Part shown: positions 26,629-35,825 of the stretch, one piece after another
How the letters are laid out: each line of letters opens with the position of its first letter
How positions within the stretch are numbered: position 1 is the stretch's first letter
Sequence record: PV357172.2
Source: a phage
Direction: 5' to 3' (one strand)
DNA length: 64,000 nucleotides
Notes under the pieces: generated by a model
Databases searched by the model: none
Told to the model about the DNA's origin: nothing
The model's input: only the letters and a program-made list of their open reading frames with translations
Position numbers and translations under genes: made by a program

Positions 26629-26660
26629 AAGTTCATAAATTAATGAGAGAGGAAATTCTA

Positions 26661-26939
26661 ATGGAAAACATGACTAAAGACTTCGACGCCTCTAACCTTA
26701 CCAAGACTGAAATGGCCAATGTATTAGCAATTCTCCTCGACATGCAAGGATTTGAGGGGCAACTGATGAAAATGTCTATTCCGGCGATGAAGAAGATGTA
26801 TGATTCTCTTAACAAGAACGCTATGGCCTTTAACTTAGCAAAACAAGAGGCACGCTTTGCTAAGGAGCATCAAGCAGTGGCAGAACGCCGAGCAGCTAGC
26901 TTTGAGCGTGAAGTCAAGCAATTAAAGAAAAAATGCTAA
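26661..26939 (+). CDS. hypothetical protein
   Basis: ATG 26661 after AATGAGAGAGG leader. Confidence 0.45.
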   Translation: MENMTKDFDASNLTKTEMANVLAILLDMQGFEGQLMKMSIPAMKKMYDSLNKNAMAFNLAKQEARFAKEHQAVAERRAASFEREVKQLKKKC

Positions 26940-27346
26940 CACAAGAAAGATTAAAAGAGTTATTTGAATACCGCCCGGAAACGGGCGAGTTTATAAGGAA
27001 AGTCAGTAGAGGACGAGGTAAAGCAGGTAGTATTGCTGGTAGTCCTGATAGGGATGGTTATATATTTATTGGGATAAATAGAAAAAGATATGCAGCCCAT
27101 AGGTTAGCCTTTTTGTACATGGAGGGGTATATTCCAAATCTAGTACACCACTTAAATAATATAAGAAAAGATAATAGATGGTGTAATTTAAAAGATTGTA
27201 CGTCCCAAGAAAATAATCGTAGCAAAATCGCTCAATCTAATTCGGGGTACTTAGGAGTTACCTGGAAAAAGATCGACAACAATGGAGAGTCCAGGCCAGA
27301 AGCGCCGAAAGCATTACAGTACACGGAGGCTATTTTAGGTATCTAG
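26933..27346 (+). CDS. HNH homing endonuclease
   Basis: YAAHRLAFLYMEG...HHLNNIRKDNRWCNL HNH motif. Confidence 0.75.
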   Translation: MLTQERLKELFEYRPETGEFIRKVSRGRGKAGSIAGSPDRDGYIFIGINRKRYAAHRLAFLYMEGYIPNLVHHLNNIRKDNRWCNLKDCTSQENNRSKIAQSNSGYLGVTWKKIDNNGESRPEAPKALQYTEAILGI

Positions 27347-27464
27347 ATTTAGAGTTGGCAGTTCAAAGAGCTAATGAACTACGTTTAGAACTACATGGGC
27401 CTAATGCTGTTATAGAAACTTTTGATCATACAAAACCCTTACCTACTTTAGAGGACTTAAATAA

Positions 27465-27746
27465 ATGATTACAGAAATTCTCATTGGATTGCTAGTTCTT
27501 ACTACACTAGTAGCGATTGGCGGAGTTATTGGGATTGTGAATGCACGAAAAAGCATGGAAAATATGCTTATTACTAATGATGGACTACACCACCGTTTGC
27601 TAGAGCAAGAGCAGGATATTGAATTAGCACAAAGACGCTCGGATATTCTTAAGGAAAAATTAAATAATATAGAAGCAATAGTTGGGAATAATAAATTACC
27701 TGCTAAAGTAATGCGTACCCAGATAATCACGGAGATTAAAAAATGA
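27465..27746 (+). CDS. membrane-anchored coiled-coil protein (93 aa)
   Basis: N-terminal TM helix. Confidence 0.45.
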   Translation: MITEILIGLLVLTTLVAIGGVIGIVNARKSMENMLITNDGLHHRLLEQEQDIELAQRRSDILKEKLNNIEAIVGNNKLPAKVMRTQIITEIKK

Positions 27747-27988
27747 TGATGTTTATTCTAGCACTTTACCTAATCGTGGTGGGAGTTCTAGTTACTAAGT
27801 ATCACACATGGACACCAAAGAATATAGCTAAGGTAGCATTATTTGTTATTCCAGTACCACTTATTATCTTTTCTATGTTACTGGTGATGTTAATTGGTAG
27901 AGTAACAAAGACCGATGTTAAGCGCATTGCTGACGAATTGCAACAGTCCTGTGATATGATTGAGGATATTATTAAAGATGAAACTTAA
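27743..27988 (+). CDS. small membrane protein (81 aa)
   Basis: Two TM helices; overlaps the neighbouring gene. Confidence 0.45.
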   Translation: MMMFILALYLIVVGVLVTKYHTWTPKNIAKVALFVIPVPLIIFSMLLVMLIGRVTKTDVKRIADELQQSCDMIEDIIKDET

Positions 27989-28304
27989 TTTCAATGAGTT
28001 AAATACTTTGCATGAGCTGTTACAGTTTGTAAATAATAATATTAGTATTCCAGATGATACACTAGAAGTTCTCATGTTAATCGAGAAAAAGGTAGGGGTT
28101 GAAATTGAGGATTCTTGGAAACCACTTTCTACATTAACACCTCTTAATATGAAAGTGATTGTTAAAAATATTCATACTGGTGAAGAGTATGAAATGACTC
28201 GTAAAGAATTAGCTAACAGCTATTCACCAGAGTCTGTAGTGATGCACCATAGTGATACCCCTACGGTTCTACAGACAGCTAATTACGTATGGCGTCTCCC
28301 ATGA
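27978..28304 (+). CDS. hypothetical protein
   Basis: Internal ATG of track ORF 27960-28304. Confidence 0.4.
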   Translation: MKLNFNELNTLHELLQFVNNNISIPDDTLEVLMLIEKKVGVEIEDSWKPLSTLTPLNMKVIVKNIHTGEEYEMTRKELANSYSPESVVMHHSDTPTVLQTANYVWRLP

Positions 28305-28403
28305 TTGATTTAGTACCAATTACTGCGGGGCTAATAGCACTATTAGTGCTCACAGTTTTCATTATTGTGGAGCAGGCCAAAGTAATAAGGAGACTTAAAA
28401 ACA

Positions 28404-28604
28404 ATGATAAAACGTCTTGTTTATCAGGCACCAAAGATTGTAACTGAGTATTTTGTATTACTGCCTCAGATTGTATTTCTAACAGCGTTATTTAACATAC
28501 TTTTTCGACATCTAGGAATAACGGAAAATATATTCTATACTTCTGGGTTACTTCCTTTTATGTATGAAGGCATTATCATGGCAATTAACGGGGTTCGTAA
28601 ATGA
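28404..28604 (+). CDS. small membrane protein (66 aa)
   Basis: Hydrophobic core; GGAG SD. Confidence 0.4.
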   Translation: MIKRLVYQAPKIVTEYFVLLPQIVFLTALFNILFRHLGITENIFYTSGLLPFMYEGIIMAINGVRK

Positions 28605-29062
28605 CAGCACTACAACAACTACAGAATTACTGGTTTGATAACCAATTTAACGATCTTTTCATCCAGTTGTTTGTCGAAACGAACGGACGCTTCAACTACC
28701 GATTCTTTAATAAGTTTCATGAAACAAAATTCTCACATACGGAAATTAACGCAGCGATCCAAGACCTAACTGGTTCTAAAGTAGTTCAATATCGCGAAGT
28801 AGACTTTACTCCAGATTGTTTTGGATTTGAATTGTTTAAGAAAGCATATAAATTTGGTAAGTTTGAAGATGCTCGTCAATGGGTTCACGATTTTTGGTAT
28901 AACACCGATATTGTTCCTAGTCGCGTGCTGATTCTTAACTGGATTGCTAAGCAACATCCACCTAAAACGCAATCATCCTTCTTACCGACTGACACAGGAA
29001 ACCTCTACCATGACAGAAAAGAAAAATCCATTATTGGAGCAGATGAAGGAGTGGGAGAGTAA
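28601..29062 (+). CDS. hypothetical protein (153 aa)
   Basis: Track ORF. Confidence 0.5.
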   Translation: MTALQQLQNYWFDNQFNDLFIQLFVETNGRFNYRFFNKFHETKFSHTEINAAIQDLTGSKVVQYREVDFTPDCFGFELFKKAYKFGKFEDARQWVHDFWYNTDIVPSRVLILNWIAKQHPPKTQSSFLPTDTGNLYHDRKEKSIIGADEGVGE

Positions 29063-29381
29063 TATTGAAACTGGTCTAATAGACGGTGAAGATATTGTCA
29101 ACTCCATGCTAGAAGTAACAGTAGATAATATTAATCCTATTTTGGCCGGAGAAACCTCAGATCTTATAGGACTCTCTAGCACATTTGATTCTTTGGCTAA
29201 ATTAGCTTTAGACGATGAAGAGATAACCAAAGAAGATCTCGCTACAGCTATGAATATGGCTATTAATGCTTACATCAGTAAACGTACTGATGAACTTGGT
29301 AAACAGATCAATAAGCGTGATGCTACGCTAGGTCTTATGGAAACGGCCACTATGTTAAGAAGTGGTAAACAACTTCATTAA
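29010..29381 (+). CDS. hypothetical acidic protein
   Basis: Internal ATG of track ORF 28944-29381; start uncertain. Confidence 0.4.
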   Translation: MTEKKNPLLEQMKEWESNIETGLIDGEDIVNSMLEVTVDNINPILAGETSDLIGLSSTFDSLAKLALDDEEITKEDLATAMNMAINAYISKRTDELGKQINKRDATLGLMETATMLRSGKQLH

Positions 29382-29437
29382 TTTTAGGAGGCCAGGACTT
29401 ATTTGTTCTGGCCTTTTATGTTTTCAAGGAACTTCAA

Positions 29438-29641
29438 ATGCAAGTATATGTCCTTACCAGAGATATAAATGAGTATAATCAGGATGGTGAGTATTTTGTA
29501 AAAGTATTCGCTGAAAAGCCAAGTAAACAACAGTTATTAGATGCTGGAGTACCGGAAGACCAAGCTAAGTGTTTACTACAAGATAAAGAGTTTACTGGAG
29601 ATGCTTACGAATGCTTCTACCTTAACTGTGAGACTATTTAA
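29438..29641 (+). CDS. hypothetical protein (67 aa)
   Basis: Track ORF after a terminator-like hairpin. Confidence 0.45.
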   Translation: MQVYVLTRDINEYNQDGEYFVKVFAEKPSKQQLLDAGVPEDQAKCLLQDKEFTGDAYECFYLNCETI

Positions 29642-29642
29642 T

Positions 29643-30089
29643 ATGAGAGAGAAAGTAAATGAATTATTAATCGAGGAAGCTAACAACTTTCCAATAAATA
29701 GGTTCATTAAATCGGATGGTTCTATTAATAGAACTAAGATTAAGCAGCTACATCCCGACTTTCAACAAGAAGCGCTAAACCTTATATTTATCAAGAAAGC
29801 TGTTGCAGCTCATGGGGCTTTCTTCGGGTATGAGCGTGTAAATTATAAGACAATGCAACAGCAAGTCGAGATCTATTGTCCAGACCATGATGGCTATTAC
29901 TGGCAAACTGCTAGATCTCATTTAGAAGGGCATGGTTGTCGACTGTGTGCACACAAGGTTGTGCAGCGTGTCACGGATTATGGAACTTATACCGTACCAG
30001 CATGTTACCATAAATTTGTAATTGACGATAATCACATAGTTTGGTATAATAAGTTTTCAAAGCTAAGAATGGAGATAAGTAGTGAGTAG
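29643..30089 (+). CDS. hypothetical protein with C-terminal Cys/His cluster
   Basis: ATG 29643 overlaps the previous stop; CPDHDG...HGCRLCAHK motif. Confidence 0.45.
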   Translation: MREKVNELLIEEANNFPINRFIKSDGSINRTKIKQLHPDFQQEALNLIFIKKAVAAHGAFFGYERVNYKTMQQQVEIYCPDHDGYYWQTARSHLEGHGCRLCAHKVVQRVTDYGTYTVPACYHKFVIDDNHIVWYNKFSKLRMEISSE

Positions 30090-30372
30090 CTATATTATAT
30101 GGTCAAATCCATTAGCAGCACTTAGTAACAAACTATTTAAAACAACGTGGGGGTATAATGAAATAGACTTAGGTAGTCGCCCAATACCAAACAAACACCC
30201 CTTAGTTCCAGAGCTGTATAGGGTAGTAATAAATGACACAGAGTATTTGGTTGATAAATTTGACAGAAAACGTTTACTAGAGGGTATCTACGATAATTCT
30301 ATATCGATAAATGAATTAGTAGAACATGCCCAAATATACGATAAGAGCTGGATGTTAATATGGAGATCATAG
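30082..30372 (+). CDS. hypothetical protein (96 aa)
   Basis: Track ORF. Confidence 0.45.
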   Translation: MSSYIIWSNPLAALSNKLFKTTWGYNEIDLGSRPIPNKHPLVPELYRVVINDTEYLVDKFDRKRLLEGIYDNSISINELVEHAQIYDKSWMLIWRS

Positions 30373-30593
30373 TAATTATTTTAGCAGTTATGTTATTTAT
30401 TGTAACATTAGTATCGTTTGCTATTATGCGCAGAGCTAAAGAACTAGCGGAAGATCTAACAAAATTACGCGGTGAGTTAGCTGCTCTTAAATTACAGCGT
30501 GAGGCTTTAAAGTTGTTTGTGGTTCAGGGTAGCGTAGAACATACAACGGAAGACTTCATCACGTATCTCAAACGTTACATGGGAATTAAATAA
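30360..30593 (+). CDS. membrane-anchored coiled-coil protein (77 aa)
   Basis: N-terminal TM helix. Confidence 0.45.
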   Translation: MEIIVIILAVMLFIVTLVSFAIMRRAKELAEDLTKLRGELAALKLQREALKLFVVQGSVEHTTEDFITYLKRYMGIK

Positions 30594-30778
30594 TGGAAAC
30601 TCTTTTTCTTTTAATGCTAGTAGGTTCCTTGCTAGTTATATTAGCACTTCTACTGATCTGCAATATTCTTAATAATAAGAATCTAGAGCTAAAGTGTGAA
30701 AACCAAATCCTTAATCGTGAACTTAAACAATATAACATAGCAGCGCACAAGCTACTAGACAAATTGGAGAATAAGTAA
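30593..30778 (+). CDS. membrane-anchored coiled-coil protein (61 aa)
   Basis: N-terminal TM helix; same architecture as the upstream ORF. Confidence 0.45.
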   Translation: METLFLLMLVGSLLVILALLLICNILNNKNLELKCENQILNRELKQYNIAAHKLLDKLENK

Positions 30779-31383
30779 TGACTTTATATGCACAACAACC
30801 TGTTCAAGTAGTACCAGACCATGAATTAAATACATGGGATTATGATTTTAAAGACTTAACTGCCACTGTACAGTTCAAATCTATGAAATTAACCTTTGCG
30901 CACACTGATATTAAAGCCTGTAAAGATCTTGAGCATAAATTAAAAGAAGCTCGTAAGATCTTTGGCAAGGCTCGGATTCCAGCTGATAACCTTATTAACG
31001 CATTAATAGATGCTGGTTATAAACTCGTAAAGACTGAGGTGAACCGCCCTAGTACTCCTGTGACTGTTGGAGGTTCCTGGACCAAAAGTGGTATCGCATT
31101 TAATCCTAAAATAACGTCGGATTTGCACAATGTTCCATGTGGTGGCGTTATAGAAAATAATTCCTCATATCGAGTTGGTGAAGATTACGGCCCTTCTGTA
31201 CAGTTGCAACATACTCAAGAAGCTTTTGAATCTGATATGCGAAGCGTAGCACCTGTGGATACTGAAGGTTTTAGAAGTCCCAGCTATGTTACTCACTTTA
31301 ATAATCTTAGGCCTGGGAGTATAAATGATACTATCCTTGAGGCGTTGGGAGCTGCTCTTAACGAAGATAAGAGAGGTAGTTAA
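30778..31383 (+). CDS. hypothetical protein (201 aa)
   Basis: Track ORF. Confidence 0.5.
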   Translation: MTLYAQQPVQVVPDHELNTWDYDFKDLTATVQFKSMKLTFAHTDIKACKDLEHKLKEARKIFGKARIPADNLINALIDAGYKLVKTEVNRPSTPVTVGGSWTKSGIAFNPKITSDLHNVPCGGVIENNSSYRVGEDYGPSVQLQHTQEAFESDMRSVAPVDTEGFRSPSYVTHFNNLRPGSINDTILEALGAALNEDKRGS

Positions 31384-31460
31384 TCCTCTAATACATGAGC
31401 CTCTACAGAGGCTCTAAAATAAAAAGAAGGTCGTCCAGACCTTAAAAACGGGAGATAATA

Positions 31461-32345
31461 ATGTATAACTTTAAAGATAAACTAAGACAAAATGCTGGTA
31501 AAACAAAACCTAAAGAGAACAATAATGTTCCTAATGCCAAAGTATTACCATTTCCAGAACTATCCCAAGAAGAAAAAGATAAGTTAGCATTTATGTTTGA
31601 TGCACTTATAGGGCTAAATGGACGTTTATATTCCTCTCTCAATATTAATGAGAAACGTTTAGTAGAGATGTTTTGTAAACGTTACCAAGTTACTTCAAAG
31701 GGCAATTCTTATAAAGAAGGTGAGAAAGCATTTACAGTCTTAAAGATTAGCGCATATGCACATCGTTTCTTAGTTTATGGGTTGCAAATGGAATACTTTA
31801 CTATCCCATCATTTAGCTCTTTCCATATCTTTGAAGATGAACGAATGAATATTGATGATCTCTACGGGGATACATACAAATACTCAGGAAGTCCATTCCA
31901 CGATGCATTAAGGAGTTACCCATCTAACTATTTACCCATTAGAGCATCTCAAGGTAAAGCTAGCATCTTTGCTGTATACTCAGGATCTAAAGCATCGGAT
32001 CTAGAAACTTATATATTTAAAGAGCGTAAATCTGTGCTTCCAGATGAAGCATTGTATAACAATCCATTGCTTCCAGAAAAAGAACCAGAAAAAATTGATG
32101 TAACCCCACCAATACCGTCTGACTCTCAGTATTTAATTTATGAGAAACAAGTTAAGTTATCCCTAGAAATTGGATTAGTTACACCGCTTGCTGCAGCATT
32201 CATAAATAGATATCTAGAAATTCCTGATGAGTTCCACACACGTTATAATACGAATATTCAGATAACGGATGAACTAATTGCGTTAGCAAAAGATACACCT
32301 ACAGATACTGAGGCGTATCAAAAAGCATACCAAGAGTTACTATAA
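31461..32345 (+). CDS. hypothetical protein (294 aa)
   Basis: Track ORF with GGGAG SD; followed by a hairpin at about 32355-32385. Confidence 0.55.
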   Translation: MYNFKDKLRQNAGKTKPKENNNVPNAKVLPFPELSQEEKDKLAFMFDALIGLNGRLYSSLNINEKRLVEMFCKRYQVTSKGNSYKEGEKAFTVLKISAYAHRFLVYGLQMEYFTIPSFSSFHIFEDERMNIDDLYGDTYKYSGSPFHDALRSYPSNYLPIRASQGKASIFAVYSGSKASDLETYIFKERKSVLPDEALYNNPLLPEKEPEKIDVTPPIPSDSQYLIYEKQVKLSLEIGLVTPLAAAFINRYLEIPDEFHTRYNTNIQITDELIALAKDTPTDTEAYQKAYQELL

Positions 32346-32792
32346 TACTCTGCATGTCTCGGTGCACAATACCTGTACCGAGACTCAAATACAAACTCTC
32401 GTTGACAGATAGCTAAATGTATGTTATCATAACTCTATGAGTTAATAGAATTAACCATTTAGAGTTGCCACACAGAAGGTGTGGTGGTTCAGTAATTTAA
32501 AATTACTAACTTGTAGCGGAGGATACGGAGCGACAGGACAAGTTAATAAGTAATTTAATATAAATTACTAGAAACATCACGAGACCTTCTGGCGGGGGGC
32601 AAAGCTCTATATGAGAACCCTGGGGGATCTTATATTTAAAATAAAAGTAAAACTTTTGACCACATAATTTACATTCAAGATGATACACCTGTTGCCGCTC
32701 ATCTGCTAGGATGGCACAACACTTTCTTCTAGACTCCTAAGTTTCTAGGAAATTGATAAGCACAAATTCTAGAGATCACACAAAAATATTCA

Positions 32793-33529
32793 TCGGATTT
32801 GCACATATTCTAGGGCAGTTTTCACTGTTCCTAGAAACTCCAGCAATAGGCGGTTAATACAGGGCGGTTATAGGGAGGGCGGTTATTTCTAGGAGACATT
32901 TTTTGAAAACACATTTCCAGAAATTACTGTCGGATTTGCACATTGTGTTTCTAGAAATTTATGGTCGGATTTGCACAAACGCCTAAGTTTTTAGGAACTC
33001 TTACTCTCCTGAAAATAGCAGCATTATTTCGGGCCGAAGGCCCATGATTGCCTGAGTTTTTAGAGCCACAAGAATTTTCACTTGTCAAGCTATTTTGCCC
33101 CATTTTGCTAATAAAATTTTACTTTTTCTGCACCTATCTCAAATTTCCCCAAATTATCTCAACTCTTCCCCAAAATCCCCGCAAATCAGGTGCTCCGCAC
33201 CAATCCTGCGCCTACTTCCTTCTAGTCCCAAAATTTCTCTCACTCTCTCATCCTCTCCTCAAACCTATACAATCACACACCCTCTCATCGAAGTCATAAA
33301 AATCTTGTCGGATTCGCACATCTCAACACATGTCGGATTTGCACATACTCTAGCTAATCCCACAGGATTCGAACGCAGTTCGTGATTGCTGGAGTTTTTG
33401 GGAAAATTCATTGTCGGATTTGCACACTATAAAAATTTTTCGGGTCGGATTTGCACACTACCAAAAATTGTCGGATTCGCACATACACGCCCACGCGTAA
33501 TCCATGGGGGCAAATGTCGGTTTTGCACA
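32793..33529. repeat. dispersed array of 10 copies of GTCGGATTTGCACA in non-coding DNA
   Basis: Copies near 32793, 32928, 32964, 33307, 33332, 33413, 33444, 33470, 33516 (two as GTCGGATTCGCACA, one GTCGGTTTTGCACA); irregular spacing. Confidence 0.8.
33100..33300 (+). repeat. about 200-nt pyrimidine-rich (C/T) tract with strand asymmetry
   Basis: Plus strand almost lacks G across this interval. Confidence 0.7.
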
Positions 33530-33559
33530 AAAGCGCAGGGCAATTGCCCTGCTCGCCTG

Positions 33560-33735
33560 AATGCGAATAAAAATAAGAATCATTCTCATTTAAAAAGTGG
33601 AATGCGAATGAGAATCATTATCATTTAGAAAACGGAATGAGAACTATTCAAGAAGTGAAATGATTCTCATTTAAAAAGTGGAGTGATTATCGATTAGCTA
33701 GTGAAATGCGAATGATAATGATTCGCATTTAAAAA
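33560..33735. repeat. tandem about 35-bp repeats with Fur-box-like palindromes
   Basis: Four to five units such as AATGCGAATGAGAATCATTATCATTTAGAAAACGG; GAGAATCATTATC matches 12 of 13 positions of the Fur consensus. Confidence 0.6.
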
Positions 33736-33762
33736 CGGAAGTGAGAAACACTGCTATTTAAG

Positions 33763-33872
33763 TTATCCACAGACTTATTAACAGCACGATTTGACTTGAC
33801 AGAATCCTAGCCATTTTGAGGCGTTATCCACAGACTTATCCCCAGGTTATTCTACTGTATAAATATACAGTA
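33763..33872. repeat. left arm of inverted repeat carrying DnaA boxes
   Basis: TTATCCACAGACTTAT twice (33763, 33824) followed by CTGTATAAATATACAG palindrome. Confidence 0.7.
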
Positions 33873-33987
33873 TTCCTATGCAGTGAATAATTCTAATATA
33901 GGCTTAAAACGTCCTGAGTGGTGGTACTAAAACAAAGGGGTATTTATCTGAAGGACTGAAAAACTGGGATCTGCTCCCCGCTTGTTA

Positions 33988-34182
33988 TCAGTCCGGTAAT
34001 TGATGCGTGATCTTCTCCTCCTCCCCGTAGGAATCCACCAAATGCTGATAATACCCATCGTTATCATAAATCACTTTATCATAATCGCCACGCTCGACCG
34101 CTTGCCGATTTTCCAGCGTATCAGGCACAAAGAAAGTATCAACGGTAACAGTAGTTTTAGTTACAACAATTTTATCACTCAT
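33988..34182 (-). CDS. hypothetical protein (64 aa)
   Basis: Minus-strand ORF in the IR-flanked cassette; Fur-like motif in its upstream region (34196-34216). Confidence 0.45.
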   Translation of the reverse strand: MSDKIVVTKTTVTVDTFFVPDTLENRQAVERGDYDKVIYDNDGYYQHLVDSYGEEEKITHQLPD

Positions 34183-34308
34183 AACGCCATCGCCCCTAGA
34201 ATGAGAATGATTATTATTACCATTACAAGCCCGTTACTAAATCGTAAACGCTGGGAATGTTTACCAGCGGTATTATTAGATTTATGGGATTGCGTTTTAC
34301 GCCACCAG

Positions 34309-34509
34309 CTATTCACGGTAGACACGCCAGCCGTCTAGCTTCCATTCTTCCCCCTTGCGAATATTGAAAAACCAATCATTAAAATTGTAACCATCTTCTG
34401 ACATGATCACGCCGTTTTCTTTCATGTACAAAAATTCATTGCTAGTAAAATATTGATTACTAACTTTAAAACCTTGTTTCATTTTTTCTAGTGCTTCATC
34501 TTTAGTCAT
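34309..34509 (-). CDS. small protein with DUF2829-like pattern (possible Tad2-like sponge)
   Basis: EALEKMKQGFKV...DW...EEW...GW pattern resembles DUF2829 proteins as I recall them; AGGTGG SD. Confidence 0.4.
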   Translation of the reverse strand: MTKDEALEKMKQGFKVSNQYFTSNEFLYMKENGVIMSEDGYNFNDWFFNIRKGEEWKLDGWRVYRE

Positions 34510-34850
34510 TGCGCCACCTTTCGAAACGCTGTTTCAATACTATCCGCAGTGGATTGAATATACGCGCCTTTCATTATCAGGCGCTCGGTACATACCTTGC
34601 GGAAAATATTAATAAAATCATCTTCGTTTTCTGCAATTAATGCTTCACCCATAACCTGAACGTCACAAGATGCAAAGGTCAAAAATTGAAACGCTAGTTC
34701 ACGGGCAACGACCGCATTAATTTTATAGTGCGCCTTGCCCTCATAAATATTAATAACGCCCTTATATTCAGGGGAAAGCTGATTTAAATAGTTTGCTAAT
34801 AATGCCGGACGGCAATTAGCAACAAAACGATTGCCCTCATAAATTACCAT
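34506..34850 (-). CDS. hypothetical protein (114 aa)
   Basis: ATG at 34850 with GGAG SD. Confidence 0.5.
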   Translation of the reverse strand: MVIYEGNRFVANCRPALLANYLNQLSPEYKGVINIYEGKAHYKINAVVARELAFQFLTFASCDVQVMGEALIAENEDDFINIFRKVCTERLIMKGAYIQSTADSIETAFRKVAQ

Positions 34851-34851
34851 T

Positions 34852-35064
34852 TTATAACACTCCACGAAAGGCCGCGTAAAAGGTGGCAAAATGTTTAACC
34901 GTCTCAGCGATCACGTTGCCCCGTTTATCGAATTTCTTTTCTGTAACACGAAAGGCGTTTTTGTTGCGTGCTACATATTCGATTTTACAATCTGGACGCT
35001 CGAACGTGTTAACGTCCACCAGCTTAAAGCCTTTCGAACGTGTAAGGGAAACGTTACGGATCAT
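34852..35064 (-). CDS. hypothetical basic protein (70 aa)
   Basis: AGGAG SD; translationally coupled. Confidence 0.5.
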   Translation of the reverse strand: MIRNVSLTRSKGFKLVDVNTFERPDCKIEYVARNKNAFRVTEKKFDKRGNVIAETVKHFATFYAAFRGVL

Positions 35065-35066
35065 TT

Positions 35067-35255
35067 TTATTCTCCTTTACTAGTCATGCAGCCCAGCAGA
35101 TAAGAAAAAACGGCGATACCCGCGCCAATAATAACCATTGGTTTTGTATTTACTAAACCACAATAGGAATCCTGAATACCATAAGCGGTGGCGAAAAGAG
35201 TCAGAATAGCGCCCAAGATACCTGCTAGAATAGCTCGAAAAATAACCATTTTCAT
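35067..35255 (-). CDS. small membrane protein (63 aa)
   Basis: ATG 35255 after TTTCTAGGAGAATGAAA; two hydrophobic helices. Confidence 0.45.
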   Translation of the reverse strand: MKMVIFRAILAGILGAILTLFATAYGIQDSYCGLVNTKPMVIIGAGIAVFSYLLGCMTSKGE

Positions 35256-35296
35256 TCTCCTAGAAATTAGAGGCGAAAGTAACGCCCAGTTATTGG

Positions 35297-35524
35297 TTAC
35301 ATTAAAACGATTTTGGCGGCTTGTTTTTTGGTGCAATGTTCCGCTTTCAATTCATCCAGCAAAAATCCAGCTGTTTGCTGATCAATCTTGTCATTATTGT
35401 AAAGCTCCTGAATGGTAACATAAGTTTTAGCAATCCCAAATTCAGAAACCATAACGCTTACAATAGCGGGAACGGATACCCATTCCATACCATTAAAAAT
35501 TGCAGAAGATGATGAATGTACCAT
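35297..35524 (-). CDS. hypothetical protein (75 aa)
   Basis: AGGAGG SD after TTTCTAGG motif; first gene of the minus-strand cassette. Confidence 0.5.
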   Translation of the reverse strand: MVHSSSSAIFNGMEWVSVPAIVSVMVSEFGIAKTYVTIQELYNNDKIDQQTAGFLLDELKAEHCTKKQAAKIVLM

Positions 35525-35646
35525 TTTAACGCCTCCTAGAAATCAGGGAAAATTTTCAATCCACCGTTTTGGTGTAAAGGCATTATAACAAAAAAGGCCA
35601 CCATAAAAGGCGACCTTTACAAAACTTTACATTAGGTTAATTATTA

Positions 35647-35760
35647 CTCGCTTTCGGTGCTAACGGTAAAAGTAGAAATATCAATACCTTTCACCATTTC
35701 CAGCATTGCCGCCACCTGGCCGCCGCGTTGGGTCTTTACTTTAATATTACCCCACAGCGT
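35647..35760 (-). pseudogene. 38-codon gene remnant (3' end only)
   Basis: Open frame between stops encoding ...TLWGNIKVKTQRGGQVAAMLEMVKGIDISTFTVSTESE with no start or RBS; a hairpin and T-run follow on the minus strand. Confidence 0.3.
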
Positions 35761-35825
35761 TTAGCTCGTTAGAAAGCGATTTAGGCCGCTTATTTTGGGC
35801 ATCATTATAGTATGCTTCCCATTTA

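Noticed and set aside
32793-33529. Could the GTCGGATTTGCACA repeat array be a CRISPR array?
   Set aside because: Repeat unit is only 14 bp, spacing is irregular (about 25 to 340 bp), units are not identical, and no cas genes are nearby.
33048-33628. Track ORFs 33048-33299, 33095-33385 and 33386-33628 in the repeat block
   Set aside because: They lie in low-complexity pyrimidine-rich and repeat DNA, have Ser/Pro/Leu-biased composition and no RBS; most likely non-coding.
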